Positions 14,004 through 26,613 of a stretch of DNA of 64,000 nucleotides are shown here, one piece after another. Position 1 is the stretch's first letter. Every line of letters starts with the position of its first letter. The translations under genes and the position numbers were made by a program. The stretch spans positions 62,001 through 126,000 of the forward strand of contig JABANN010000017.1 of the NCBI GenBank assembly GCA_013115125.1. Direction: 5' to 3'. The notes under the pieces were generated by a model that saw only the letters and a list, made by a program, of their open reading frames with translations, had not been told where the DNA came from and searched no databases. The stretch is from Perkinsus olseni (taxonomy: Eukaryota).

Positions 14004-15162
14004 ATGCTCGACACTGGTCCTTGCTCGCAGCATTTTACGTTTTGAATCTGTCATCCTCAACGCTTCTACTCCGAGGAGCCATCGGTGGCCGGCGGCGGTG
14101 TGTTGGTGTATTCGGTGGGGCCTTGGGGCAGAGAGGGAGAGGACTCTCGACTAGGTATACCACGCCACAGGCGTTGTACTTTAAAGCGAGGCATGACTTT
14201 TATAAGCAGCTTTGGCTGGAGGTAGGATACTTGGGTGACGGGAGAGGAGGTTCATCTGGCTCGATTCAAGATTGAAGATACCTCTGCTGATTGAAGATCG
14301 GCGCGAGTGTCGGTGCGACGTAGATTTAGCAGGGCGTTGTAGGTGAACAAATTCGTCGAAAAGCCGGATGGCATCCAAAAGACGAGTATGTCAACACCGC
14401 AAGAGATACGGTCGTTAGCGCCGAATAATGGTGGGTGCGGGGATCGAACCCGGATCTAAATGGACGTATCGCTGCAGATCCGGAGTGTCAGAGAGCGGCT
14501 AAGAAGGCTGCTGAGAGTATTAATGCTGTGATTGAGTTGCGGCATGAGATTGATGACGCTAAGCTTGAGCGGCAGCGGATGTACACCCTCCCCACCCAAT
14601 CTAAGAGTAGCCCACCGCCGCCGCCCGTTGGGATGGAGGAATGTTGTGGCAGCAGGTCAGAGCAATAAGGAGAACCTGTCTCTCATGCTCACTGGGATTG
14701 CAGGAGCAGCGGCGTCTGCTGTCCATCCGATATTCTTGGTGGTACGTCGGTCGGGGAGGAGGTTCTATCGCGGTGACGGCGGGTCCATCGAGGGATTCCT
14801 TCCGCTGCATTTGAGATTATCTAGAACTAGCCGCGCGGGCGTTTAGGAAGGGAGACAGGAGCTCCATCGTCGGCGTTATACGAATAGGTTGGGCGCGCGC
14901 TTTTGGCTTACCTTTCAGTGCTGGTTCGCTGGATTTGCTATGTATCGGAGTGCGACGTCTAACGTCCGTGAGCGGTTCAGATCGCAGGAGAGGATGGACG
15001 ACATCTCTGATGAAATTGAAGAGATGACCGGGAAGGTTAAGAAAGAGCTAGAAAATGTACGTGATTGCTTGGTATGCTGCACGCATGCACAAGATGCGCT
15101 CCTTGCAGCTTCAGTATGGTCTGGTTGATTACCAAAAGAAGATGCGCGAGCTGAAGCCTTGA
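14004..15162 (+). CDS. Hypothetical helical protein, multi-exon
   Basis: Exons YTTPQALYFKARHDFYKQLWLE, PECQRAAKKAAESINAVIELRHEID, LVDYQKKMRELKP*; start uncertain. Confidence 0.5.
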
Positions 15163-15297
15163 TGTCATCTGGTTTGTGATGGTGTTTCATGAGATACAGC
15201 AAACCTTAGTGTTCAGCCTGATACGTCGACTCCTCGCTGTCTCGGGAGTATCCAAGGTTGATGCAGGGAATTTACGATTGTTACTTAACACTTCTCA

Positions 15298-17320
15298 ATG
15301 TATGAGAATGCGAGCACCCATCAAGGCTCACAGCCACCACCTTCCTCCTTGACGGGAGGCTACAGTAGCGGTGGCCACGTGTCTATCGAGGAGGCGGCGA
15401 GGAAGGCAGCGCAGGCGTTGATGCTGGCTGGAGAGGGCGATAGGTAGTAGGGCGGCCGAGGTTGGGTTCGGAGAGGACGGTCACGTCGCAGGTATTGTGA
15501 TGATACTGGTAGTGAATCGGGAGACTTTTGTCGAGGGCCAGAGGAGGATGAGAACTGTGGTCCTGAGAGGAGGGAAAATCAGAGCCCCTACACCACCGCC
15601 TCCGCACCGGTAGCTACACCATCGCCGCCATGCAGTACATCGGCGGTATCGGGCGGTGGCGGTGATGCAGAGGCTGTCCCGAGCAGCAGCGGCAGCAGCA
15701 GCTCCAGCTGTCAGTATTACACTTTCCCTACCAGAGTTTACTCCTTGGCGGTGGGGGCTGATGGTGATCGATTTGCAGTGGGAAGTGCCCAAAGGCACTC
15801 TATGAACAATTATATCGCGGTAATTCCAGCCTGTGGGGATCGAACCGGCGACCTTTCCCTCTAGATAATCGACCCTGACCCGTCGGAGCCATGTGGTCTG
15901 AGTGTATCGGCGACATGTCGGCACGGCTTCCCGCCCTCTCACGTGGGCCATCCTACGCGTGGAGTATCTTTCGATCCGAGTTCTCCTGTAGGTCCTGTGG
16001 ATGCCCACATCAGCAGGTCCCCTCAGTAGCGTCACGTTTGCCTCGACTTCCACGAGTCTCCGCTTGTGGCGGCTACAACAACCTGTGGGAGGCCAACAAC
16101 AGTATGACGAGGACGACCAGCAACAGCAGCAACAGTCGTCAGGGGGCCCTACTTTGCCCGGTAGTGTTGAGCAGATAGCGAAGCTTCAGAACACCCACAA
16201 GGTGGTGTACGGAGGCGGTCGTTGGAGGATGATTGGTGGTGTTGTTGTTAGGCTGTGAGCGCCCCGATGACTTCATTCGACTGGTCAGTGGTATCACCAG
16301 CAAGAGTAGCGGCGGCGGCTGTTGACACCACCATCACCTTGTGGGACGTCAGTCGAGAGAAAATGGACACGCAGATGATCGCCCATGACAAGGCTGTACT
16401 GGATGTGGCTTTTGCTGCTGATAGTGACAAAGTGCGTGCATGAATCGTCATACCATAAAATCCGCAATTCATGGCTCATTCTGCCAGATCTTTGGGTCGG
16501 TATCGGATGATGGCTCCCTTCGGCTGTTTGATTCTCGCGACTTGGACCACTCTACTATAATGTGGGCAGAGGGCGGCCCTCAGCAGTAGCCTTCTGCATG
16601 CCGGCCCGGACGGGCAGGTACGAGTCGCCATCACCACCAGGATCGAACGCGCCGCCGCCCCCCTTGTACAAGTTGTATTGGAACAAGTGGAATCCTGTAG
16701 GCTGCTGCCACTGCTGCTGGCCAGCACCGTCCTTGGATGCTGTCTCCTCAGCATCTCATCGCTACATTCTCGGAGGACTCGATCTACGGTCTTGTATTCG
16801 ACACTCGTAAAGGTGAGACTGGTCGCCTGGTGTATGAGGAGGCAATAGCAAGAGTGGCAGGGTTCGAGTCCATCAGCCTCAATCCCATTTGCGAAGGAAG
16901 CCTCGACACCGTCTGCGCTGGCACCAATGCCATGGCATGGTGCAACTCTCATGCATTGTCTACGTGTCATGCTGATGGGTGGGTCATCATAGCCTGCTTC
17001 CACTGTCACTGCGCCACGAAATTGGGCACTTGTAGGAGTGTGAAGTTGTATGATCCTTTAAGAAGATATTCGACATCGGAGAAACCACTGCTCTTCGCGG
17101 AGACCAAGGCGAGGAGGACGCGAGTTCGAACCCCGGTCGGGGTATTTTTTACAGATGTCAGGTATCAGCGCCAGATAAGCCAGCAGAGTCACCCGTTGAG
17201 TTGGTTAACATGGCTTGGATACCATCTGCCTCTGGTGGATCGGCCAAGATGGGCCTCATCCACGGCCGGACACTACAAGTGCTACAGCAGCGTTCTCGCC
17301 CCTTCCACCGCATACCATGA
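15298..17320 (+). CDS. DCAF7: WD40 repeat protein DCAF7/WDR68/AN11-like
   Basis: APMTSFDWS, VDTTITLWD, TQMIAHDKAVLDVAF, FGSVSDDGSLRLFDSRDLDHSTI, PLYKLYWNKWNP are diagnostic of the WDR68/AN11/TTG1 family. Confidence 0.88.
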
Positions 17321-17797
17321 TTAGGTGTTGTCGGCCTGAGGGAGGAGGAAGCGGTCTCCAACAGCATCGTCGTTGCTGGGCATGCTGTATTCTACATACT
17401 CCTGTTTCCCTCTGCCATATTGCCATTGATCTGTCTAAGCGTTGCTATAGTACGTTAGTGGCATCGGGAGGAGGAGTCCAGCAGCAGCAGCACCACCACC
17501 TGCGGCGGCGGCCGCGACCCCCCTTTCTGTGTATTCTGATGAATATGATGATGCATATGTATCAATCATAAAGTGAGTAATATTATTGATGGAAGAGCGT
17601 CATGCATTCGTACCTCTCCAACAACCAACAGTATCATCGTTCTTCTTATTCCCTGTTGTCTTGGACCCTATTTTTCGTCGTCATTATCGTCATCATTGTC
17701 GTGGTCGTGAAGTAGATGAGAAGTCATTTAGAAGAGGAGGAGCAGGATGAGGAGAATCAGCTGCGTTAACACTTGTCAGTGTAGTTACTGTATACGT

Positions 17798-18230
17798 TAG
17801 TCATCGGTATCATCATCATCATCATCATCATCTCCGTCACCATCAGCTTCCAGTATAATCGTAGAGTAGTCATCATCTCTGTCGTCATCATCATCCTTTC
17901 CCTAATCGACACTGGTATTCCTCTGGGGAGGAGAGCGTCGGCAGCAGAGTTGCTTTGTTGGGAATTCTGGTGTACCAGATCAAACGAATTCATGCGTTTA
18001 TAGTAGTACATTTTCGGCGACATTATCAACCTAAAATAACGAGCGACCAGTCAGGCGTAGGCTACCGCAACAGCAACAGCAACAGCAGCAGCAGCAGCGC
18101 CGGCAGAAGCATGTATCCAATCAGCATGCCGGGGTCTTGGACTGTTGCTAGCGGTCGGCTGCTATGCTACTAGTGCTAGTCACTCAATTGAACCGTTTAC
18201 TATTGTTGGGTCCATGGCCGTACCATATCG
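17798..18230 (-). CDS. Possible small protein with Asp-rich tail in low-complexity (CAT/CAG-rich) DNA
   Basis: Exon RYFRLIMSPKMYYYKRMNSF could splice to GKDDDDDRDDDYSTIILEADGDGDDDDDDDTDD*; may instead be non-coding repeat DNA. Confidence 0.25.
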
Positions 18231-18361
18231 TGGCCGTGGTCATATCGTTATAATGACACCAAGCAAACATGATCATCAATCGAAAGGCTTCCCGCCCTCT
18301 TGTGTTTATCGGAGAGGGTCCTCTCGAGAGTTCCTTTCATCAGTAGTTTTTACACACTAGA

Positions 18362-21300
18362 ATGAGGCTTCTTGCCACCCGTTCGACCATCGGGCCTTTT
18401 CTGGGGTCTTTGGTGATCCTGTTCACTTTGGTCGACCACAGTGAGTGTAAGGTGGCTCATTCGCTGCCGGGGTGGGTGCCGAAGGACGTCAAAGATGCGC
18501 TCAAGGAAATGAAGAAAGAAGTACGTGTTGGAGGAAGCGAGGGTGATTGCGTCACCTGCGTCATGTCAGCAAAAGGCGACCAAACATCTGTTGTCCGACC
18601 ACACCTGTGCACTGCGCAAGAGTCTCATAGAACTACTGGAGGAGGTGCCCGATAAGGATGTTGGCCTGGCCAAGATAAACCTCATGGCAGAGTTGGGCCT
18701 ATGCAGCTGGTGGAGAGATGAACATTATTGTAAGGGCTACTTCGTGTCAGCGGTTAGCGTCCCTGTCTGTCACTTGGTGGGATGAGGGATCGACTCCCCC
18801 ATGTCGCATTTCTCACCTCTCAGTGGCGGCAGAGAGATTCCAGCGGGCTATTGATCTGACGGGCTTCAAGAAATTCAAACAGTTCATTGATCATGGTAGG
18901 CTGATGCTTCCCCACTGGCTCCGCGATCGCACGAGTTCGATCCCCTGTCAGGGCTCGGCCACATCATCGAGGCCAGCAACGCGTCCAATTACATGGTTGA
19001 GGTGAGTCGCTGAAACTGCTTCCTCCGCCACACCGCTGATTCGCAGGGCAAGTTCGAGTCGGCGGCCCTCCATCTGCGAGCCCTCAAGAGACTGATGCTG
19101 AGGGACGAGGCTTGGGCCCTGGATGAAGTACTGCGGAAGCCACCGGTAGGAGAAGGGGAGAAGGTTATGTTGCTCTGACGGCGGCAACTTTCAGATGGAC
19201 CAATTGAAGCCGCATGAGAGGGAGCTTGTCAAGTCGAACCCTGGAGATTTCCTCCTCAACAATACCTATGTAACACGGCTCATTACGGTTGGGTAGGTGA
19301 CAATGGTCGTAGGTGGGGGTGGTCTATAGAGGATGGACTGTCGCAGCGAAACAGCAGCTGAGGTTCTGCGAGGCCAATCTTATCGGCTTGGACGAGGGAA
19401 GATTGGTAATAGGGCGAGAAACAGGGCGAAATTGCCGTGCTCTTCGTGAGGGGGGCGCTGTGGGTTCCATAACCAGATAAGGCGTTACTACGATCACAAA
19501 GCTTAAAGCGAGTATGGAAGATAGCCTCTGATGGGTAGAGGAACTTCTGGAGATTTGCACTGTGCGATGAAGAATCCCTCTACTTCACAGTTCGCAAGCG
19601 ATTCTCGGAGGGGACGCTACATGTGGTCGACTTATTCTCAGGCCAAGAGGGAGAGAATGGGCGGTGAGACTGACAACACGGCGTACCTCCAGGGTGTCGC
19701 TGCCGAGCCAGTCATGCCTTGGAGAAGCTTCCAACTGCCCATCAACCTCTACGAACGCCGCGAGGTGCTGCAGCATGGGGATCTTATATGTGATATCATT
19801 CTTCGCTCCGCTGTAATTGCAGGAGTTACTCAAAGCGGCTAGGAAGGGCAAGACGCCGAGGCGACCCAAGGCAGCAGAGCTCATGGGAAGAGCAGGGATT
19901 AGAGGAGGCGACTGTCCCAAGTAGGATCTCGCTCTCTTGCATTCTCTCGCAATTCCTCCACGGGGCCAGATACTCGGCCCTTTGTGATCTACTATTGGGT
20001 TATGAGACGCCAGTACTGGTTGATGCTTCTACCTATGTGGCTGGCATGTTTAATTCCATCATTCAGTTGGTGCCGATGAACGGTTCCAAGACGACCCAGG
20101 AGGTTGGGGTAAAAGCTTACCGTCTCTGCTCAGTTCCTATACTGCACTTCTCATCAGAGTTGCTCCAATAATGCTGGTCTCGCGATGGCCTTCCCGTTGA
20201 ACGATTCCGAAGACCCTGATGACCCGATCATGCTCACTACGGAGAGTGTCGATGTGAGAGTCAATATTATTCGGGCGAGCGAGATTGAAATCGATTCGAC
20301 AAATTATGGCTCATTCTCGAGGTTGAACTCACTTTTCTGCAGTTACCCGGCATTGCTCTCAGCAGCGAGCCTGTTGTCGTGGATCCGTGTAGCGATCCAA
20401 AACCGGCCATAACGCGGTCGGGAGGTTCCAGGGATGTCGTCTACGGTAGGAGGGCACCTCGCTGGATTAAAGCTTATTGTTGTGATTCAGTGCTGGTGGT
20501 GGAGTTTTGGCATCCTGCGGTAACTCTCTACGAGAGGGTGGCGATAATAGAGGGAAGCGGGAGCGGGGCTAGAAAGGGTCGCGAGTCCATCAGAGTTCAA
20601 GAGGTGAGTGCGGCCGGTCCGCATAGCAGAGGTCTCAGGGTCGATTCTCGCGAACGGCGTTTCTCTCGATTCGGTTTTGCCGGCAGGTTACTAACGCCAT
20701 GATGGATCGTCTAAAGGAAACAGAGTCATTGTGGCCGAAGGTGTTCGATCTGTATCAGCACAGGCGTTCGCTCTCGCCATTGGGCCCGGATGAACTGGTG
20801 GAAGATGAGGTGTAAGTGGTGGGAGGGGTCGCAGGTTCGATCCCATGTAGCAACACTTTATCGCAGTGAATTTCTCGTCTTTCTAGGATCGAATACCCGA
20901 GACCGAAGAATAAGAAGTCGAAGAAAAGAACGCGTGAGTTTCCGTGATGATGGATTCATCTACGAGAGATCTGCTCGGCTAGCGTTAAATTGAGGCCTGT
21001 CGAAATAGCTGTCAGAAGTCCAGTCGGGACTGTCCGGAGCGGCATTAGAGCATGCAAGCCTCGGAGCGGCGGTATTCAGCCATTCCAGGATCAAAGCACC
21101 TCTTCTCAGAGGATCCACCGGAGGACTCCCTTGAGGTCACCAACCTAAAACAGCTGGTGAAAAAGCTAAAGGCAGAGCGGAAGGCAGCTATTAAGACTGC
21201 CAGTGCGAAGGAAGTCGCAAATATGGACGATGCTCTGGACTATGTGAGATAGCGCTCGTCCTAGCGATCGATTTGGTTAGTTCTCATGTGCCAGGCCGAG

Positions 21301-21676
21301 GAGCGACTAGATGACGCAATAGAGGCTCAGACGAAATCGAGGCTGATCACCGACCTCGAGGAGAAGTTGACGTCGGCGAAGTCCGTGGAGCAGGCGCTTC
21401 ACATGACGGGCGACCTGAGTGGCCTGCAGGATGTAGAAAAGCAGATCGCTGAGGTAGTCGGTAGGTGTCGACCACGATGGCTCATCATTAGTGTTTCAGT
21501 TCCAAGCGGCTTTGAAGGATGCTCGCGAGGCTGATGCCATATTTAGAGAGGAAAGAAAGCAACGCAGGGAAGCTCGGATGAGGAAGAGACAGCAAGATGC
21601 TGCCGGGGATGGAGAGAATCCTAGGTCGAAGGCAGGCGACGATGATGATGAGAATGAGGAGGAGGTCGAGTTGTAG
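18362..21676 (+). CDS. Secretory-pathway protein with helical N-terminal part and a degenerate aspartyl/asparaginyl beta-hydroxylase-like domain
   Basis: Signal-peptide-like N-terminus; VLVVEFWHPAVTLYER resembles the Asp_Arg_Hydrox C-terminal motif; coiled-coil tail ending EEEVEL*; single-gene model inferred from continuous exon chain. Confidence 0.6.
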
Positions 21677-21911
21677 TGTTTTTTGTGGTACCGGATTCCT
21701 CGTCATGCGAGCCCAAATACGGCTGATCATCTCCAGTTATTTTCTGTTGGGATGTGATTCCGGTTCATGTGTCTTCGAGCAAGGAGATAATCATTTCTTT
21801 CACCGTTGGTCTTTCTCGACCTTTTGATCTCTGGTTCAACACATGTCGAGTTATCCAGTACAGTAGCGATCGGCAGCCCTTATTTCCAGGGGCATCCTTC
21901 CCTCATTACGA

Positions 21912-23576
21912 ATGTTCCGCCAGCAGAACAGGAGCTGTAGTGTGTTTGTGGGAAATGTTCCGTAATGAGGGTGGACGATATCCTGAGGGAGGAGAGAGCC
22001 GGCGTGGTCAGATACGATGTGGATGAGGAGCAGTTGAAGACCATTTTCTCGACAGTCGGCCCTGTGGTCAGCTTCCGGCTGATGCACGACAAGGTCACTG
22101 GACGGCCCAAAGGATATGGATTTTGCGAGTAGGGGTTGATGGCGACTAGAGGGGGAACCCAAGCCCGCTACGATAGATACGCAGATCAGGAGACGGCCTA
22201 CGCTGCCATGCGGAACTTGAATAATGTCGAGTGTGGTGGTCGACCGCTTCGAGTTGACTGGGCCGATCATGAGTTGAGAAATACCGAAGGTGACTGAGCT
22301 GGCTGTCCTGTTGATGCTCTGCCGAATGGGAATCGTCGTCAGGCGTGCAACGATCGATCCAGCGTAGTGGCGCTGATGTTGGACGGAGCAATGTGAAGGT
22401 GGGCTCAGTGTGGTCTGGTGAGTGGTATTTTGCGACGTGTCTTGGTAGGTGAACAATAAGAAGCTTCGAGAGTTCCAGCAGAGGCTCACTGATGAGAATG
22501 CAGAGCATCTGGCCTTAGATGTAGTGCTGGAGGAAGGCAGAGCAGCTGCAGGGGGGAGTGACGATGGCGATGCTTTCAGGTGCAAACCCACAGTGAGATA
22601 GCCGCCCTGTTGGACCAATGGTCCACTGTGGAGTTGTACCAGTTCCTTGGACATTCACAGAAGTTCGTCAGCGACAATCCGGAGGGGGCACGTAGGGAGA
22701 AGTCGCTCCTACTGGTTCTGCCAGCTGTTTTACTGTAGGGGCACTTTTCGTGGCCCATCCCCAGCTGCCGCTGGCCATCAACCATGTCGCCTACTTGCTG
22801 GGCTTCACGTCGGAGCCAACCTTCCCGATGACGCCAGATGATATGATGTAATGGAGGGAGGAGGAATTGAACCTGGGACCTTGTGATGGATAGTCAGTGT
22901 CAAGAACCACTTGAGCTGGTCTTTAGATACGCTGAGGAGCGTATAAAGGCACTGAGACAGCACCGAGTATGCCCTGTAAAGCCCATCCAGCCACCTCGGG
23001 CAGTTCCTATCAGCCTAGTCACCGATCCTACCGCCCAACTTCAGGCTGGTGAGTGTCCCAAACCATCGATATGGGCTCCAGATTGTAGCGGTGATACCTC
23101 AGGTATTTCCAACCCGATGATGATGAGCGGCGCGTTGCCAGCCGGCGTTCTCGCTGCAGGGGCTAGTATAGCAGGAGCGAGGTGAGCCAAATTATCCGCA
23201 CTCTAGCGGAGCGAAGTTTGAACCATTTTTTAGAGCAACAACAGTCGGTACCATCTCGCGGGTGACCTCTATTGGTACGAGTGGAACGGCTCCTCACGCG
23301 GTGAAAAAAGTAGGAAGCTCTGGGAAGATCGCCCTTGCCATCGCCTTGCCTCTCAGCCTGCTGTGGACATCGCTGCATTGCCGGCCGACACCAAGGAGGC
23401 ATTGCGGAAACAGTTGGCTCAGATGACACCGGCTGAGGTGAGCACTGCTGATGCTGTGCCTGACTTCTATCATCCATACTTGATGCCAGGTTGCCAGCCT
23501 ACCTGCGGACGTGCGAGAGATCATGCAGCAGCTAGCAGTGTCCACTGGTGGCTCTGCTGGCTCGGCAAGACGATAA
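21912..23576 (+). CDS. CSTF2: Cleavage stimulation factor 64 kDa subunit (CstF-64/Rna15)
   Basis: [78 protein letters not shown], hinge and C-terminal helical region. Confidence 0.9.
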
Positions 23577-23650
23577 AAAATGTTTCATTTCAACTTACCG
23601 ATGGTCACTGTTGTTAATGACAAAGAGACGGAGTCGTCAGCTTTTTTCAT

Positions 23651-24287
23651 ATGATATCATCTCCAACAGTAGTCCCCGAGTTGCCAGCAGTCCGGGACCC
23701 TCTGGCCCGCAATAGGTACGGCAAAGCCTCGTCTCCCTGCTTATTCTGCTGTGGCTTTCAGCGACCTGGCGTTCATCTTGATAGTGCTGGCAGTGGGCAT
23801 GCTCTTCATAGTACCCGTCCTTCGTTTTACTCCAGAAGGAGCAACAGAAGGACCTTTCGCTGCGCCACGAAAATATAAACACTCTCGTGAACAACATTCG
23901 TCAGGTGAGGGAATCCTCGGGCACCAGCGCGCAGTTGACGAGTAGGTCCTGTTATGGCGGCCGTAGTGGGCGTGATGAGGGACATAGCGACCGGATTCGA
24001 CCCCTCTGGGTCCTACTCGAGGTAAGCCATCCTCGTTGATCTCCTCTTCATTGATGTTATCTTCAGAGTTAGCTCCGAGCCCGATAGTGATGGCTTTGAA
24101 CTGCAGGTATGCAGTAGGGGTGTGTTGCTGCTCTAGTGTTCGCCCTCAGGAACCGATGAGTCGATCGCCCAGTCCGACCAGATCGTTACGGATATCGGTA
24201 TAGTGGAAGCCATTCTACTTTGTGATGGCACATGCTGTGTATATAGGAACAGCTAGCAGCGACCAGACGGAAGATACCGCCAGTTGA
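23651..24287 (+). CDS. Small hypothetical single-pass membrane protein
   Basis: TM segment LAFILIVLAVGMLFIVPVL and several short exons with GT-AG introns. Confidence 0.4.
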
Positions 24288-24699
24288 GATGATCGATCTT
24301 CTTAGTGGTGATTAAAACAGCCCGACTCCATGCTTCACAAATGAATCAATTGCTTGGGTTCAGTAGAACTGATAATACTCGAGAAACAACCAGTCGCAAC
24401 ATCGATCGAGCGACAAAGTTTCTCACCCCTAAAGTATTTCACGATTGATTCGGAGGGACTTCGACTGCAACTCTGTCGAAGGGAGACTGGACGACTTCGA
24501 TTTTGTACACTTCCCAGCCTCCTCAGTCATCGAGTATTGACCATTGAATTTATACCCCACCCGCTATGCTTCCCTAATGCTGATTGTACTCAACTCACCA
24601 TTGACTAAATCGAACAAAAAATTGGTTTTACAGATTGTTGAGGAGATACAAATAGGAACGATAGCGGCACCAGAATCATCATCATCGAAAGAAACAGCA

Positions 24700-25662
24700 T
24701 TACTGGTTGCTCGCGGCTACCTTATTGTTGATAGCGTTCTTGAACTCATCATAGAAGACAAGAACCAAAGCAGCACCAACACCACGAAGCATGTTAGAGA
24801 GGCCGCCCTTGAAGAAGCCCTGGACACCTTCCTCCTGGAAGACCTTGACCCAGCAGTCCCAGTTAGACGAGTACTGCACACTACCACCACGACCAGCCAT
24901 CATCATCATACGACGACGGACAGTATCGAAGGGATAGGACACTAAGCCAGAGACGGCAGTAACACTCTGAGCAAGGACGAACTTGGCAATAACATTAGCG
25001 TTCTTCTCATCCTTGAAAACGATGGGCTTGATGGTATCATAGAGACCGAAGTAGGCACCACGGTAGAAGATGATACCCTGGATGGACATGCTGAAGCCCT
25101 GGTACATGGACCAGAAACCAGTCCTCTTGCAGGTCTTGGTGATAACATCAATAAGACCACTGAACTCACGATCAGCTCCCTTGCCAACATCAGCGGCTAA
25201 ACGGGTACGAGCGTAATCGAGAGGATAGACGATACAGAGAGAACCAGCACCGGCAGCGGCGCCAGAGAAGACATTGGCGGCGAAGAACTTCCAGAATTGG
25301 TTATGGGGATCGTACTTGGGGAACATGCCCTTGATGCTGTCCTTGAAGGCGAAGTTGAAGGCCTGGGTGGGGAAGTAACGGAGGACGTTAGTCAAGTTGC
25401 CTCTCCAAAGACTAGCAACACCCTGCTCCCTGCAGCATCGCATGAAGCAATCGCCAATACCATTGTAACGGGCGACCTTACCGGACACGATATCGGGGTT
25501 AGAGTCCTGAGTCTGAAGGACCATCTTAACACGCTCGATAGGGGCCACCAAAGTCTTAGAGATGGCGGCGGAAGTACCACCAGTCATGAAGTCAACCAGG
25601 ATGGGGTACTTCTGGATGAAGCTCTGCTGGGATTGTTGCTTGCTTTGAACTGCACTAGACAT
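24700..25662 (-). CDS. AAC: Mitochondrial ADP/ATP carrier, intronless
   Basis: 320-aa ORF with three Px[DE]xx[KR] carrier repeats, [14 protein letters not shown] and the RRRMMM signature. Confidence 0.98.
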   Translation of the reverse strand: MSSAVQSKQQSQQSFIQKYPILVDFMTGGTSAAISKTLVAPIERVKMVLQTQDSNPDIVSGKVARYNGIGDCFMRCCREQGVASLWRGNLTNVLRYFPTQAFNFAFKDSIKGMFPKYDPHNQFWKFFAANVFSGAAAGAGSLCIVYPLDYARTRLAADVGKGADREFSGLIDVITKTCKRTGFWSMYQGFSMSIQGIIFYRGAYFGLYDTIKPIVFKDEKNANVIAKFVLAQSVTAVSGLVSYPFDTVRRRMMMMAGRGGSVQYSSNWDCWVKVFQEEGVQGFFKGGLSNMLRGVGAALVLVFYDEFKNAINNKVAASNQ

Positions 25663-26613
25663 ACTTGATAAGGCGAAATGCCAACAAGGAAGGGAAAATA
25701 ACCAAGGTAGAGAAACTGACGATGAAATGACTTGGTAAAGACCTGATTACCTCTGATCACGATCGAACACAACGAGACATTCGATCCGGACTTCTAGCGC
25801 TGTATGATGAATCGAATGGTCGCTAATGCCGTTGTCTAGCTGGATTTGGTGTAAACGCACCTTAGCTTAAGCTATGGCACTTCACAAAAGTATCATGCTC
25901 GCAACAATAGACGCGACAACGACTTCAAGTGCACGCTAAAACTTCCCTGTAGCACCTGAACCTCTTCCACCAGAGGGGTGCTCACTATACACTTCGACGG
26001 AAGTCACCACGAGATGGTTGTGTCGCCATGTGTTTGCGTCGTTGGTTTTCGTGGCTACCTTCCGATTCGTTTAAGTATGTTGCTGAGATTTTTCACAGCG
26101 CACCGATCACAGTAGCTGAGCACTATAAACTGGGACCGATAACCGCGTTCGCCGACACCCACCCCTATCATGGCCTCCTTCTCGCCGCCACGGACGGTTC
26201 GCTGTACAGACCTAGGAAGTGCACGAAAATTGCAGGAAACCAAATAGATCAAATATGCGCGCGCGTGCAGCTTCGAGATTGGTCGATGAGCGCCATATTA
26301 TTGCCGCACGCCCTTTTAGTGCCTTTCGCTCGCCGTCTTGGGCTTGCGCGATGGACCCATCATACGCCCCATCGGCCTCGGCCGTACACATACCCCACCC
26401 TGATGATGTGGCCTCTGACCAGAACGGTCACCGTCGACAAGTTTCGGTGGTAGGGACCTCTTTAGCCGTTTCCGGCTGGTCGCGCTCGAAATTTTGGTCG
26501 CGCGGTTGATGTGGATCATGACATATCTTCATCCCGACCCTAATAAGATACAGAACAGGTCGGACTGTGGTCTCGTTGTCAGACACCAAGTCAATCGGTT
26601 CGGGTTGGAGTGG

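Noticed and set aside
17766-18029. ORF with poly-Met run
   Set aside because: Translation of (CAT)n microsatellite DNA in a probably wrong frame
21851-22654. 267-aa minus-strand ORF
   Set aside because: Antisense to the CstF-64 RRM exons with no recognisable motifs
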